Source: Fibrobacteria bacterium (GTDB lineage: Bacteria > Fibrobacterota > Fibrobacteria > UBA11236 > JADFYW01). Taken from it: a stretch of DNA of 64,000 nt. Positions 30,533 through 42,541 of the stretch are shown piece after piece. Within the stretch, counting starts at the first letter, position 1. Each line of letters starts with the position of its first letter. The DNA lies in NCBI GenBank assembly GCA_965261055.1, contig OZ253440.1, positions 753,639 to 817,638 on the forward strand, given 5' to 3'. A model generated the notes under the pieces. It was not told where the DNA came from. It saw only the letters and a program-made list of their open reading frames with translations, and did no database searches. Made by a program: the position numbers and the translations under genes.

Positions 30533-31189
30533 ATGTTCTACCACAAGAATATAGTTTATCATAATCTTTTAAATGATCCAGACCCTACAGGAGAATCAAT
30601 TTATGAACCCCTCTCTCTTAATACAAAAATTTGGATACCAAAACAACAATATATCGTACTAGGTCGATCTCAAAAATTTAATCTAGAATGCCAAACAGAA
30701 CAAATTAGTAAACACAAAATTCCAGTGATCCAAAGAAAAACAGGTGGAGGCACAGTCTTCCTATCTCCTAAGGTTATATGTATCGCCTTTCGATTTTCAA
30801 GAAAAAAAGATCAAAGTATTCTAAATTATCTAAAGAAAGGTTCTACTCTCATTCAAGAATTTTTAAACACTGAATTTGAACTTAAATCTCAACAACAGGG
30901 ATCTGGTGACATTTCCATCTGTAATCAAAAGATCTTGGGCTGTTCTTTGAGACTAAACTTAAATCACGCTTTTTATTTAAGTAGCTTGATTGTAAATGAT
31001 ATACGCCCTGAGGTAACACAATTTTTACCCCCTCCTACACGCTCTCCAAAATATAGAAAAAATCGTGATCATCAAAACTTTCTTTCATTTCTTAATTCTC
31101 ACTTAACAACACCTATTTCTAGCGACTCCTTAAAAGAGAAAATAAGTACTTATTTTAAGTCATTGAATAATTTTGGAGTCTTTCAATAA
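30533..31189 (+). CDS. biotin/lipoate A/B protein ligase-family protein (octanoyl/lipoyl transferase-like)
   Basis: The QRKTGGGTVFL motif (RRxSGGGAVFHD-type BPL/LPL catalytic motif) is present. It is 218 aa. Confidence 0.55.
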   Translation: MFYHKNIVYHNLLNDPDPTGESIYEPLSLNTKIWIPKQQYIVLGRSQKFNLECQTEQISKHKIPVIQRKTGGGTVFLSPKVICIAFRFSRKKDQSILNYLKKGSTLIQEFLNTEFELKSQQQGSGDISICNQKILGCSLRLNLNHAFYLSSLIVNDIRPEVTQFLPPPTRSPKYRKNRDHQNFLSFLNSHLTTPISSDSLKEKISTYFKSLNNFGVFQ

Positions 31190-31215
31190 CTTCTCAAAAT
31201 TTCTATTTTTGCGAT

Positions 31216-32643
31216 ATGTTTTCTAAAGTAAACTCTCTTTTACAACTTGCTTTCCTTTTTTCTCTACTTTTAACTGTTTCATGCACCAGTCTTTCACATA
31301 GAAACAAAAACATTCTCCCCTACCTAAACAACCAAAAATTTGATAAAGCAATTCAAAATATTAAAGAAAAAAAAGAAAAGATTTATACAAAACATAATCG
31401 TCTTTTATATCATTTAGATCTTGGGACACTTTACCATTACGCTCAAAAACCAGATACTAGCAATATTTATTTAGAGAAGGCTTTAGATATTTACAATGAT
31501 TTGTCAACCAAATCAATTACAACCCAATCTTTATCAACTCTACTAAATAGTGAAATAAGTCCTTATCGTAGTTATAACTACGAAATCATCGCCGTACACC
31601 AAATGATTTCTCTTAATTATCAAACTTTAAAACAACCTTATGAATCTTTAGTTGAAACACGAAGGGCTCAGCTAAAATTCGATTATTGGAAGAAAAGCAC
31701 AATTAAAAAATACCACTATGATGGCTCTTTCAATTTCCTTTCCTTTTTATATTATTTTATGCTTGAGGAAAAAGATAACGGACTTATTTCTCTGTACCAA
31801 TCTGTACTCGGTTTTAATCAAAACCTAGCCAACTTACCTAATATTGTTGAACAAGAAGCTGGTTACTTATTTCCAAAATATAATCGTAAAAATGATTTAA
31901 GCAAACTTAAAATATCTAAAAATTCACCAGAATATAAATCTATTACAAGATTAATTCATAAAGATTCTGCTCAAATTATCATCATTGGTTATGCTGGAAA
32001 AGGTCCTATATTTGAAGATGAAATTTGGTCAGGAACTTACTCTCCTGTTGGTATTTTAAATTTTCATCATTATAACCCTAAAACTAAGAAAAAAGAATCT
32101 TTTTCTTTACCTGCTGTCCAACTACTTAGTTTTCAAAATGCCTATAGTACTTATCACATTAAACTTGCTTTACCTCAAAGCGTTCCTCAAATTTCAAAAA
32201 CTCAACACTTTAAAATTGCAACCGAAAATAAACCTAATGATTTTAAAATCACTGAAACTCTAACAAACTATGATTTATTGTCTCAACAATATATAACAGA
32301 AAATAAAACAAAGATGTTCATTAAATCTATCACTCGTGTTGCTTTTAAAACAGGTGCTATTCTAGCACTAAAAAAAAAGATAGCTCAAGGAAATCCTTTA
32401 GATATTTTTTCTAATCTACTGATTGATGCCTCAACTGATGCTCTTGAATCTTCAGATACCCGAAATTTATCTTCTCTTCCTAGAACTATAGAAATTAGCC
32501 ACCTTAGAATTCTCAAAGGAAAACAGAAAATTTTGATTCAACCAATTAATAAAAAAGGTTTCACATTAGGAAAACCTAAAGAATATATTGTTGATTTAAA
32601 ATCAGGAGAAACTCAATTTTTATTCACTTCATCTTTTGAATAA
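31216..32643 (+). CDS. hypothetical lipoprotein
   Basis: It has a signal peptide with an LTVSC lipobox. Confidence 0.4.
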   Translation: MFSKVNSLLQLAFLFSLLLTVSCTSLSHRNKNILPYLNNQKFDKAIQNIKEKKEKIYTKHNRLLYHLDLGTLYHYAQKPDTSNIYLEKALDIYNDLSTKSITTQSLSTLLNSEISPYRSYNYEIIAVHQMISLNYQTLKQPYESLVETRRAQLKFDYWKKSTIKKYHYDGSFNFLSFLYYFMLEEKDNGLISLYQSVLGFNQNLANLPNIVEQEAGYLFPKYNRKNDLSKLKISKNSPEYKSITRLIHKDSAQIIIIGYAGKGPIFEDEIWSGTYSPVGILNFHHYNPKTKKKESFSLPAVQLLSFQNAYSTYHIKLALPQSVPQISKTQHFKIATENKPNDFKITETLTNYDLLSQQYITENKTKMFIKSITRVAFKTGAILALKKKIAQGNPLDIFSNLLIDASTDALESSDTRNLSSLPRTIEISHLRILKGKQKILIQPINKKGFTLGKPKEYIVDLKSGETQFLFTSSFE

Positions 32644-32650
32644 ATTTTAA

Positions 32651-35153
<2,503 letters not shown>

Positions 35154-35191
35154 ATTTCAACTATCACTAGTCAATAGAAATCACTAAAGAA

Positions 35192-35670
35192 TTATGGACA
35201 AGTAAAAGTCATATCTGATTGTGTTTTTATTTTTGTTTCGATACCATCTTCAAAACAAGATTTAGCAAAAATAGTGCCATCCTCATCAAACGCAGTAAAC
35301 CTACCTTCTGACTTACCATTTATGTAGTTTTCAACCGCTTGAATAGTGCCGTTTTCGTAATAAAGTATACCAGAACCATACCACAAAGATAGAGAATCGT
35401 CTTGTTTATCAATATAAATAGCACTGTCTACTATTCCTTGAATTTGTCCAGAAATAAAGTAATCTTAACTCTACCGACAGGTTGATTTTGTTGATTAAAG
35501 GGTACAATACGATAATATTGAGCCTGACTTCTAGTAGTTCCTTCCCAATCATCTGTATAATAAATAGTATCTAGTAATATTTCTTTTATTACTGAAATTG
35601 GTGGGTCAACTGTGTCGCCACAATTAAAAATGTTTAATGTTAGCGATATAAATATAAATAATTTAAGCAT
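35192..35670 (-). pseudogene. lipoprotein with MORN/YwqK-like repeats, split by a frameshift near 35440-35465
   Basis: Frame A reads MLKLFIFISLTLNIFNCGDT...VGRVKITLFLDKFKE*. The neighbouring frame B reads DYFISGQIQGIVDSAIYIDKQDDSLSLWYGSGILYYENGTIQAVENYINGKSEGRF..., showing G..YYENG repeats. The two are collinear on the minus strand. The upstream M at 35763 is probably not the true start. Confidence 0.45.
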
Positions 35671-35866
35671 AAGAGTCCCTAGTATAGGCAGGAAATAACA
35701 ATATTCTATAACTCTGGCAAGTATATATGAAAAAAAGACTACATTCCTCATCACTTTAATCATTAGTAGTATAGACTATAACTACATAATCTTTACATGA
35801 TTTTCGTAACAATATTTGAAACGGCATCAATCATAATGTCACCACAATCTACTTCACAAAATTCAT

Positions 35867-35920
35867 TTTCCCAACATCGCTTATACGATTTAAATCATCT
35901 GTACTTAAGTAAATATTGAA
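35867..35920 (-). promoter_or_regulatory. conserved upstream element copy A (ttttcccaacatcgcttatacgatttaaatcatctgtacttaagtaaat) with palindrome TACTTAAGTA
   Basis: This is one of three copies, about 100-200 bp upstream of paralogous lipoprotein genes (see 38427 and 46211). Confidence 0.4.
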
Positions 35921-35930
35921 AAATTTATCG

Positions 35931-36012
35931 TTTCTTGTTCTTTTAAAACACTATCATTTTTTTAGTTAGCTTGAGAACAGGATATTCATCTTGCGTCAAT
36001 TTCAATTTGTTG
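35931..36012 (-). pseudogene. duplicated fragment of the recQ 3' end (about 85 nt, about 85% identical to 46431-46525)
   Basis: tttcttgttcttttaaaacactatcatttttttagttagcttgagaacaggatattcatcttgcgtcaatttcaat aligns to the last codons of recQ (...[21 protein letters not shown]...). Confidence 0.55.
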
Positions 36013-36065
36013 CCACAAAAAACCATTTAGGGCTCTCTTTAAATACAAAAAGGCACTTACAATTA

Positions 36066-36106
36066 AGGAAAAAACAACAAAAACCTCTTTTAAGGTTTCT
36101 GTTGTT
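36066..36106 (-). terminator. rho-independent terminator of the Big_2 lipoprotein gene
   Basis: The minus-strand transcript is AACAACAGAAACCuuaaaagaGGUUUUUGUUGUUuuuuucc: a 13-bp stem with one G-U pair, followed by a U-run. It lies 30 nt after the stop. Confidence 0.55.
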
Positions 36107-36136
36107 AGTATAAACAATATAAATATCTAATCTATC

Positions 36137-38302
36137 TTAAGGAAGAGTAATATCTGCTACATTACTAATGAAAAGAATCTCTGATGCAGTTCCCTGAAAA
36201 GCTGCTAAAGGATATTGATGTTTACCAGGAGACGAAGACATAAGATAACCTGCACCATTTGAATTAGAATAATCAGTTAATCCTAGAATACTTACTGTTA
36301 CATCTGGGGCTCCCGTAATTTGAGGAAGAGCTGTTCCTTCAGTAACCCAAAGATCAACACGATCGTTAATCAAAATTTGGATTATATATACATAATCTGT
36401 GTTTTGAGATAAACCTGTTACTTGTGCATCTATATTATTACCTTGTCCTAGACTTACGATAAAAGCACCGCTTTTATAACCGAATGTAAAGCCTGAAGCA
36501 GGGCCTCCAGATTCATAAATTAACCCTTCAGTCGCTGATGAATTAAAACTTCCAGCAAAAATAGAATTTTGTTTATCAAGACCTCCACGAAGATGCAGAA
36601 CATTAGTGGCATCAATTGTTTCTGTAACAATTAAACCTGCAAGTAGTCCTAACCCTGACGCCCTGATCCCAGTAGCCGCTATTACTGTTACAGTCACTGT
36701 TGCTGTTTCACTTCTCGTCGTTGCTCTAATTGTTGCTGTACCTACTGATAATGCTGTTATTACACTGCTAGATGATACTGTAGCTATTAATGTATCAGAA
36801 CTTGACCATATCACTGCTTTTGGTACTACTATCGCTTCAGCCACTACTGCCTCTCCCACGGCTATAGTTATTTGAGTTGAAATTAACTCTAATCTATGTT
36901 TCACAAGAATTGGTCTTTCTGCATACTTCGTAGGATCAAAAACAGAGGTGACCCGAATCATTGCTTCTCCTCCTATTATTCCCCTCACTACTCCAGTACT
37001 ATCAACTGTAGCTATACTACTATCACTTGAAGACCATACAACAGAATCTGGTGCTCCATCTACAGTAGCTATTTCATAGCTAAAATCTGGATCACTCTGC
37101 CTACCAAAATTATAAATAGTATCTAATCTTGACTCAATAATTATAGATGTTATCGCTGGAATAATCTCTCTTAAAACTGTGACTGGTACAGTGACAATAA
37201 ATCCACCTACTGCTACATTTATTTCTATCGCACCCTGTGATAAAAAGGTGACCAAGCCACTTTCATCTACTGAAGCTTTCGTAGTATCTGTCGACGTATA
37301 AGTCACTGTACCAGCGGTATGGTCTAGCGGTGATACCGTTACAGTTAACTGCTGTGGAGAACCACTTATCGCATTGCCTACTAAAACTTGTGGAATAACT
37401 GATAAACCTGTCACTGATACTGGAACGTTGTTCACTATAATAGCTATACTATCTAATTCTTCTGGTGTTACTATAGAGGTTGCCTTAATCGTGACCTCTC
37501 CTACTGATATACCTGTAACAATCCCTGAATTATTAACAGTAGCTATAGATGTATCTGAAGAGATCCAAGTTAATAACGTAGATGCTCCTCTCTCTTCTGT
37601 AACTGTTGCTGTTAAAGTTAATCTTCCTCCTACTTCAATATTAGAGGAGGAGGGGGAATCTATCCTCACTGATGTTACTTCAGCTGCCATTCGATCTGGA
37701 GAAACTGTAATTGTTATACTACCTGACTTAGTGTTATCAAATGTAGATGTCGCTGTAATCATTCCTGATCCTGATCCAACACCTGTCACTAAACCTGTAG
37801 CACTAACTGTTAAAACACTCGGCGAAGAACTCGTTGACCATGCTACACTTTCTGATGCTCCCGAAATAACGTCAACAATAGATTGCAACTGTGTCGTTCC
37901 ATTAACAGCAAGCACTACGCTACCACCAACTGAAATTACTTCAACGCTTGTCACCGATGGTAATGCTTCTACTGTAATCTCGGATTCAGAAAAAATTGTA
38001 TCTGTAACTGTCGATATTGCCTTAATCTGTACAGAACCAACTGCTTTCCCAACTACAACTCCACTACTATCAACCGTTGCTATACTTGTATCAGAAGAAT
38101 ACCAGACAACTGTAGTATCTGCATTTCCTGTAACAGTCACCGTTGCTGTTAATGTTGTACTCGACCCTTGTTGAATTGTCACAGATTTTAGATTCAATTC
38201 TATAAAATCCACTGAAATTGGTGTTGCAACTGTCGGTGGAGCATCTCCACAGTTGACAATAAAAATCACTATCAGTAATGTAAATAAATTTAAGATACCC
38301 AT
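36137..38302 (-). CDS. surface lipoprotein with multiple bacterial Ig-like (Big_2) domains (Lig-like architecture)
   Basis: The signal peptide ends FIVNCGD (lipobox). Motifs such as VVWYSSDTSIATVDSSGVV, WISSDTSIATVNNSGIV and WSSSDSSIATVDSTGVV recur at least 6 times. It is 721 aa and T/S/V-rich. Confidence 0.75.
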   Translation of the reverse strand: MGILNLFTLLIVIFIVNCGDAPPTVATPISVDFIELNLKSVTIQQGSSTTLTATVTVTGNADTTVVWYSSDTSIATVDSSGVVVGKAVGSVQIKAISTVTDTIFSESEITVEALPSVTSVEVISVGGSVVLAVNGTTQLQSIVDVISGASESVAWSTSSSPSVLTVSATGLVTGVGSGSGMITATSTFDNTKSGSITITVSPDRMAAEVTSVRIDSPSSSNIEVGGRLTLTATVTEERGASTLLTWISSDTSIATVNNSGIVTGISVGEVTIKATSIVTPEELDSIAIIVNNVPVSVTGLSVIPQVLVGNAISGSPQQLTVTVSPLDHTAGTVTYTSTDTTKASVDESGLVTFLSQGAIEINVAVGGFIVTVPVTVLREIIPAITSIIIESRLDTIYNFGRQSDPDFSYEIATVDGAPDSVVWSSSDSSIATVDSTGVVRGIIGGEAMIRVTSVFDPTKYAERPILVKHRLELISTQITIAVGEAVVAEAIVVPKAVIWSSSDTLIATVSSSSVITALSVGTATIRATTRSETATVTVTVIAATGIRASGLGLLAGLIVTETIDATNVLHLRGGLDKQNSIFAGSFNSSATEGLIYESGGPASGFTFGYKSGAFIVSLGQGNNIDAQVTGLSQNTDYVYIIQILINDRVDLWVTEGTALPQITGAPDVTVSILGLTDYSNSNGAGYLMSSSPGKHQYPLAAFQGTASEILFISNVADITLP

Positions 38303-38426
38303 GAATTCTCCTTAACTTAACTTTGCTTAAAAAACTTAAAAAATACACAAAAGCTTTCCTTACGACTTAGAAAGTTAGCAATACTCTATAGCTCTATCAA
38401 ATATAAAAATGAAAAACACTAAATTT

Positions 38427-38482
38427 ATTTTCCCAAAACCGCTTACTTACTTTTTAAATCATTTGTACTTAAGTAAATTTAC
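38427..38482 (-). promoter_or_regulatory. conserved upstream element copy B (ttttcccaaaaccgcttacttactttttaaatcatttgtacttaagtaaat)
   Basis: It lies about 125 bp upstream of the start of the Big_2 gene at 38302 and contains TACTTAAGTA. Confidence 0.4.
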
Positions 38483-38663
38483 TAAAAAATGGATATATTA
38501 TAGTATTCTAACGGTACAAAGTTGGAATTGCTACGGACTGGAAATGTAGATTTTATCTTTTTTCACAAAAACACTCCAGAGCTATTTTTAAAAGCACTTA
38601 TAATTAAGGAAAAACAACAAAAACAACAAAAAGGTTTCTGTTGTTAGTAATAATTATATCTAA

Positions 38664-38762
38664 TTAAGTAGAAATATCTTTAAACCACTGATGAAAAAAA
38701 ATTTCTGATGCAATTCCCTGAAAATCTGCTAAAGGGGATTGTAATGACCCAGTAGAACGAAG
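38664..38762 (-). pseudogene. orphan C-terminal fragment (about 33 codons) of a paralogous Big_2 lipoprotein gene plus a relic terminator hairpin (38611-38648)
   Basis: tctgatgcaattccctgaaaatctgctaaaggggattg is about 85% identical to the 3' end of gene 36137..38302 (tctgatgcagttccctgaaaagctgctaaaggatattg). The aacaacaaaaa...ggtttctgttgtt motif is also duplicated. Confidence 0.5.
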
Positions 38763-38821
38763 GTAACTTGATAAAAAACTAAAAACCTTAAAGCATTTCT
38801 CCTTTACTTACTTATTTTTAC

Positions 38822-39442
38822 TTACTTATTATCTGGAAAAGCTTCTTTATAATCTTCTATAGAAGCTATTACAACTTGTTTTGCTTTTTCTACACCATAA
38901 ACTTCGCCAACTTCAACATTAGCATTTTCATTTTGTAGAGACTTATAATAAGAAAAATAATGTTTTAAACGCTGAATTATTACTGGAGGTAAATCTGAAA
39001 TATCTTCTGCTTGATTATAAATATTATCAGTTTCTAAAACACCTATAATTTTGTCATCAGCTTCTCTCCCATCAATCATACTAAGTCCACCTAAAACCTT
39101 AGCGGAAAGTATAACATCAGAGCGATTAATTGGTCTTTCACTTACAACACAAATATCCAAAGGATCTCCATCACCTCGATCCGATGTAGGAGATAATTTC
39201 TGAACCCTCTCTCCACATAAAGTTTGAGGAACAAATCCATATAAAAGAGGACTGTGCAAACTTGTCTTTTGCGGACGATCTACCTTAAGATAGCCAGTTC
39301 TCTTGTCAACTTCATATTTTACGGAATCAAAAGGTGTAATCTCAATATAAGCCGTTACCATTCTTGGTGTACGCTTTCCAGCTCTAAGACCATGCCAAGG
39401 ATGTGGTCTCCAAATTAAAAAGTCATCTTCATTTTTTTGCAT
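38822..39442 (-). CDS. ppa: inorganic pyrophosphatase (family I)
   Basis: HPWHGL, DGDPLDICVV and the KxxxxDK pattern are present. Confidence 0.85.
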   Translation of the reverse strand: MQKNEDDFLIWRPHPWHGLRAGKRTPRMVTAYIEITPFDSVKYEVDKRTGYLKVDRPQKTSLHSPLLYGFVPQTLCGERVQKLSPTSDRGDGDPLDICVVSERPINRSDVILSAKVLGGLSMIDGREADDKIIGVLETDNIYNQAEDISDLPPVIIQRLKHYFSYYKSLQNENANVEVGEVYGVEKAKQVVIASIEDYKEAFPDNK

Positions 39443-39968
39443 TTAAATGATTTCCTTCATTAAAATTTTCTCTAGCTTTAAATTTTAAAGCCAAGGAATT
39501 GATGCAGTATCTAAGACCTGTTGGTTTTGGTCCATCGGGAAAAACATGCCCTAGATGAGATTCACAACGATTACAAACGACCTCAGTCCGAACCATGCCA
39601 ATACCAACATCTGCTACTTCACTCACAAAGCCTTTACGATAAGTCTCCCAATAACTGGGCCAGCCTGTACCTGAATTAAATTTATATTTACTATCAAACA
39701 AAGGAAGCTCACAAGCACCACAAAGGTAGATTCCATCTTTCTTAAAGTCATTATACTCGCCTGTAAAAGCTCTTTCAGTTCCTTTCTGGCGTAAAATACG
39801 GAATGTTTCAGAGGTTAAAATAGCCTTCCACTCTTTCTCAGTTTTATAAATTTTGGATATTTCTACAGGTAATTTATTTGATTTTTCCACTTTTTGACTC
39901 ACTTTTTCTTTTGAATTGCATTGCATAAACAATAGTAATGACACAATGCCAATTAACTTCAATTTCAT
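39429..39968 (-). CDS. msrB: peptide-methionine (R)-S-oxide reductase MsrB, secreted
   Basis: The protein has a signal peptide. It also has CGACELPLF..GWPSY..CNRCESHLGHVF, with the catalytic RYCINS. It uses a TGA stop and overlaps ppa by 14 nt. Confidence 0.85.
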   Translation of the reverse strand: MKLKLIGIVSLLLFMQCNSKEKVSQKVEKSNKLPVEISKIYKTEKEWKAILTSETFRILRQKGTERAFTGEYNDFKKDGIYLCGACELPLFDSKYKFNSGTGWPSYWETYRKGFVSEVADVGIGMVRTEVVCNRCESHLGHVFPDGPKPTGLRYCINSLALKFKARENFNEGNHLNAKK

Positions 39969-40032
39969 AAAAACTCCCCTGAAAACAAAAATCTATAAAA
40001 ATTATGCTTGCTTTTGTTTATATTTGCCCACT

Positions 40033-41613
40033 ATGATTAATGTAAACAATGTGTCTTTGTCATTTGGAAAACAGGTTTTATTCCAAAATGTGAATTTATC
40101 CTTTACTCAAGGTAACTGTTATGGTGTCATTGGAGCTAATGGAGCTGGTAAATCTACTTTCTTAAAGGTTTTATCCAGTAAAATTGAACCTAGTAGTGGT
40201 GATGTTAGTATTGATAAAAAAAAACGCTTAGCTTTTCTTGAACAAGAACAAACAAAATATGATAAACAAACAGTACTTGATACTGTTTTTAGTGGCTACC
40301 CACTATTATTCAAAATTTTGAAAGAGAGAGACGCTCTTTATTCCCTTCCAGAAATGACCGAAGAACAAGGACTTAAAGCTGGTGATTTAGAAACTGAATT
40401 TGGGGAGATTGGTGGCTATGAAAGTGAATTTCAAGCCAGTTCCCTATTGACCGATCTTTCTATTCCTAAAGAATTACACCATAAAAAAATGAAAGACTTA
40501 GAATCCAAACAAAAGGTACGAGTCTTGCTCGCTCAAGCTGTGTTTGGAAATCCTGACATCCTCATTTTAGACGAACCTACAAATAATCTAGATATCCCAA
40601 GTATCCGCTGGTTAGAGAAGTTTTTACTAAACTTTAACAACACCGTCATCGTAGTTTCTCATGATAGACACTTCATAAATAATATTTGTACTCATATTAC
40701 CGATATTGATTATGGAAAAATTAAAACCTTTGTCGGTAATTACGATTTTTGGTACCACATGAGTCAGCTATCTAGCAAACAACTCAAAGACGAAAACAAA
40801 AAGAAAACTGATAAAGCCGATGAACTCAAAAAATTTATTCAACGGTTTAGTTCAAATGCATCTAAAGCTCGTCAAGCAACCTCACGTAAAAAATTACTTG
40901 AAAAAATGACCATTGAAGATGTTCCTAGAACTTCTCGTAAATTCCCATATATTAATTTTAAAGCTGAAAAAGAATTAGGTAAAACGATTCTCCACATTGA
41001 AGACTTATCGTGTGATATTGATGGAAGTGTGAAATTAAATTCTTTTTCTATGAACCTCAATTCTAATGATAAAATTGCATTCGTTGGTGCTTATGATAAT
41101 ATTAAAACAACTTTGTTTGACATCATTAGTGGACAAAAAAAACAATCTTCAGGGACATTCCGCTGGGGAGAAACTGTCAACTTTGGATACTTTAAAAAAA
41201 ACCATCACCACTTATTTGATTGCGATTTATCTATCATTGACTGGTTAAGACAGTATACTACAATTGATGATGAAAGCTTGGTTCGAGGATTTTTAGGTCG
41301 TATGTTGTTTTCAGGAGAGGAATCACTTAAAAAAGTAAAAGTTCTAAGTGGAGGTGAAAAAATCCGTTGTATGCTTTCCAAACTGATGTTATCAGGCTGT
41401 AATCTTTTAATTTTAGATGAACCAACAGCTCACCTTGACTTAGAGGCTATTACTGCTTTAAATGAGGGGTTAATGAAATTTAAAGGAATTATTCTATTTA
41501 ATTCCCAAGATTACGAATTTGTAAATACCATCGCAAATCGCATTATTGAACTTACTCCTCAAAAAAACAAAGATCAACAAATAAATTTTGATGAATTTGT
41601 AAATCAATCTTAA
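40033..41613 (+). CDS. ABC-F family ATPase (two ABC cassettes, no TM domain)
   Basis: It has two Walker A motifs (GANGAGKST and a second-cassette equivalent), LSGGEK signatures and inter-domain linkers. The track start at 39916 lies inside msrB. The internal Met MINVNNVSLSF at 40033 fits the family N-terminus. Confidence 0.8.
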   Translation: MINVNNVSLSFGKQVLFQNVNLSFTQGNCYGVIGANGAGKSTFLKVLSSKIEPSSGDVSIDKKKRLAFLEQEQTKYDKQTVLDTVFSGYPLLFKILKERDALYSLPEMTEEQGLKAGDLETEFGEIGGYESEFQASSLLTDLSIPKELHHKKMKDLESKQKVRVLLAQAVFGNPDILILDEPTNNLDIPSIRWLEKFLLNFNNTVIVVSHDRHFINNICTHITDIDYGKIKTFVGNYDFWYHMSQLSSKQLKDENKKKTDKADELKKFIQRFSSNASKARQATSRKKLLEKMTIEDVPRTSRKFPYINFKAEKELGKTILHIEDLSCDIDGSVKLNSFSMNLNSNDKIAFVGAYDNIKTTLFDIISGQKKQSSGTFRWGETVNFGYFKKNHHHLFDCDLSIIDWLRQYTTIDDESLVRGFLGRMLFSGEESLKKVKVLSGGEKIRCMLSKLMLSGCNLLILDEPTAHLDLEAITALNEGLMKFKGIILFNSQDYEFVNTIANRIIELTPQKNKDQQINFDEFVNQS

Positions 41614-41633
41614 GAGTTAGTTAATAAAAATAC

Positions 41634-42200
41634 CTATTCTAAATTTAAAGAAACACGAACCTCTACTGTCGGCCACAAAAGACTTATTCCGTCTTCTCCA
41701 GTATGTCCACCTTTACATTCTCTATTTAAAGAAGCAATCGCATTTTCACCTTTAAAATCTTTTAAATTCAAAGTTAAAGAAAGCTCCATTATATTGTCAC
41801 TTTTAGGATGATACATAACAGGAATGTGTTTCGTGATATTATTTAGAGTAATTTTTGCCACAGCTTGATTATACCGAACATTATAAATTTCTCCAACAAT
41901 AGCTTCTCCATCTTTCATACTTTTAAAAAAAGCATTATAAATACGACCATCTCGTAAAGTATTACTTGAATTTATTGATTTAGTAGAAATACTAAAAGTT
42001 AATTTTTTTAAAATGTCTTCAGGATAAACACCTTTAGAAGAATTTACTGATACATCATCAAATGTCCCAGAAACGCCCACTTTGTTTGTATACTTATAAG
42101 CCGTCCAAAAGATTTTGGAAGAAGTTAAACCTAATTCTTGTATCTGACCCCAAGATAAACTAATACAAAAAGCGATTAATAAGAGCGTTAAATTTTTCAT
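41634..42200 (-). CDS. secreted YceI-like protein (tentative)
   Basis: It has a signal peptide and FWTAYKYTNKVGVSGTFDDVSV, which resembles the YceI N-terminal motif. It is 188 aa. Confidence 0.35.
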   Translation of the reverse strand: MKNLTLLLIAFCISLSWGQIQELGLTSSKIFWTAYKYTNKVGVSGTFDDVSVNSSKGVYPEDILKKLTFSISTKSINSSNTLRDGRIYNAFFKSMKDGEAIVGEIYNVRYNQAVAKITLNNITKHIPVMYHPKSDNIMELSLTLNLKDFKGENAIASLNRECKGGHTGEDGISLLWPTVEVRVSLNLE

Positions 42201-42541
42201 AAATATTCCTTTTAAAATGATGCTGAATAAAATAGTGTTTTAAAATAGCTTTTTCTACAAAAAAAAAATTAAAAAAGCTTTGAAGCTCAAGCTTTCTAAT
42301 TCTTCCTTTTCTCTCAAAAAAATAACTTGACCATTTTTAATAAACAAAGGATATTATAAACATTTTGAAAACACAACCAACAATGATAATATACAAAATT
42401 TATGATTCAATATGTTTTCTTAAATACGAACAACTCAAAAAGAAAACAAATAAGCACATTTAAACATACCGTTTAATTTTAATAATATCGCTCATTTCTT
42501 ACAATTGATTTATCAACGACAAAAAGCTATTTTACATTTCT

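Noticed and set aside
36606-38174. Antisense ORFs 36606..36875 and 37374..38174 on the plus strand inside the Big_2 lipoprotein gene
   Set aside because: They are T/V/S/A-rich low-complexity translations of the opposite strand of a repetitive gene. They have no start context and no motifs, and are fully embedded in a well-supported CDS.
39916-40032. Track start of the ABC-F gene at 39916 (MHCINNSND...)
   Set aside because: The first 39 codons lie inside msrB on the opposite strand and lack ABC-F N-terminal features. The internal Met at 40033 (MINVNNVSLSFGKQ) matches the family start.
42262-42292. Palindromic cluster aaaaagctttgaagctcaagctttct (two AAGCTT sites) in the divergent promoter region between the YceI-like and trpE/pabB genes
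   Set aside because: It could form a short hairpin, but it lies upstream of both flanking genes and has no T-run. It is possibly an operator, but the evidence is too weak to call.
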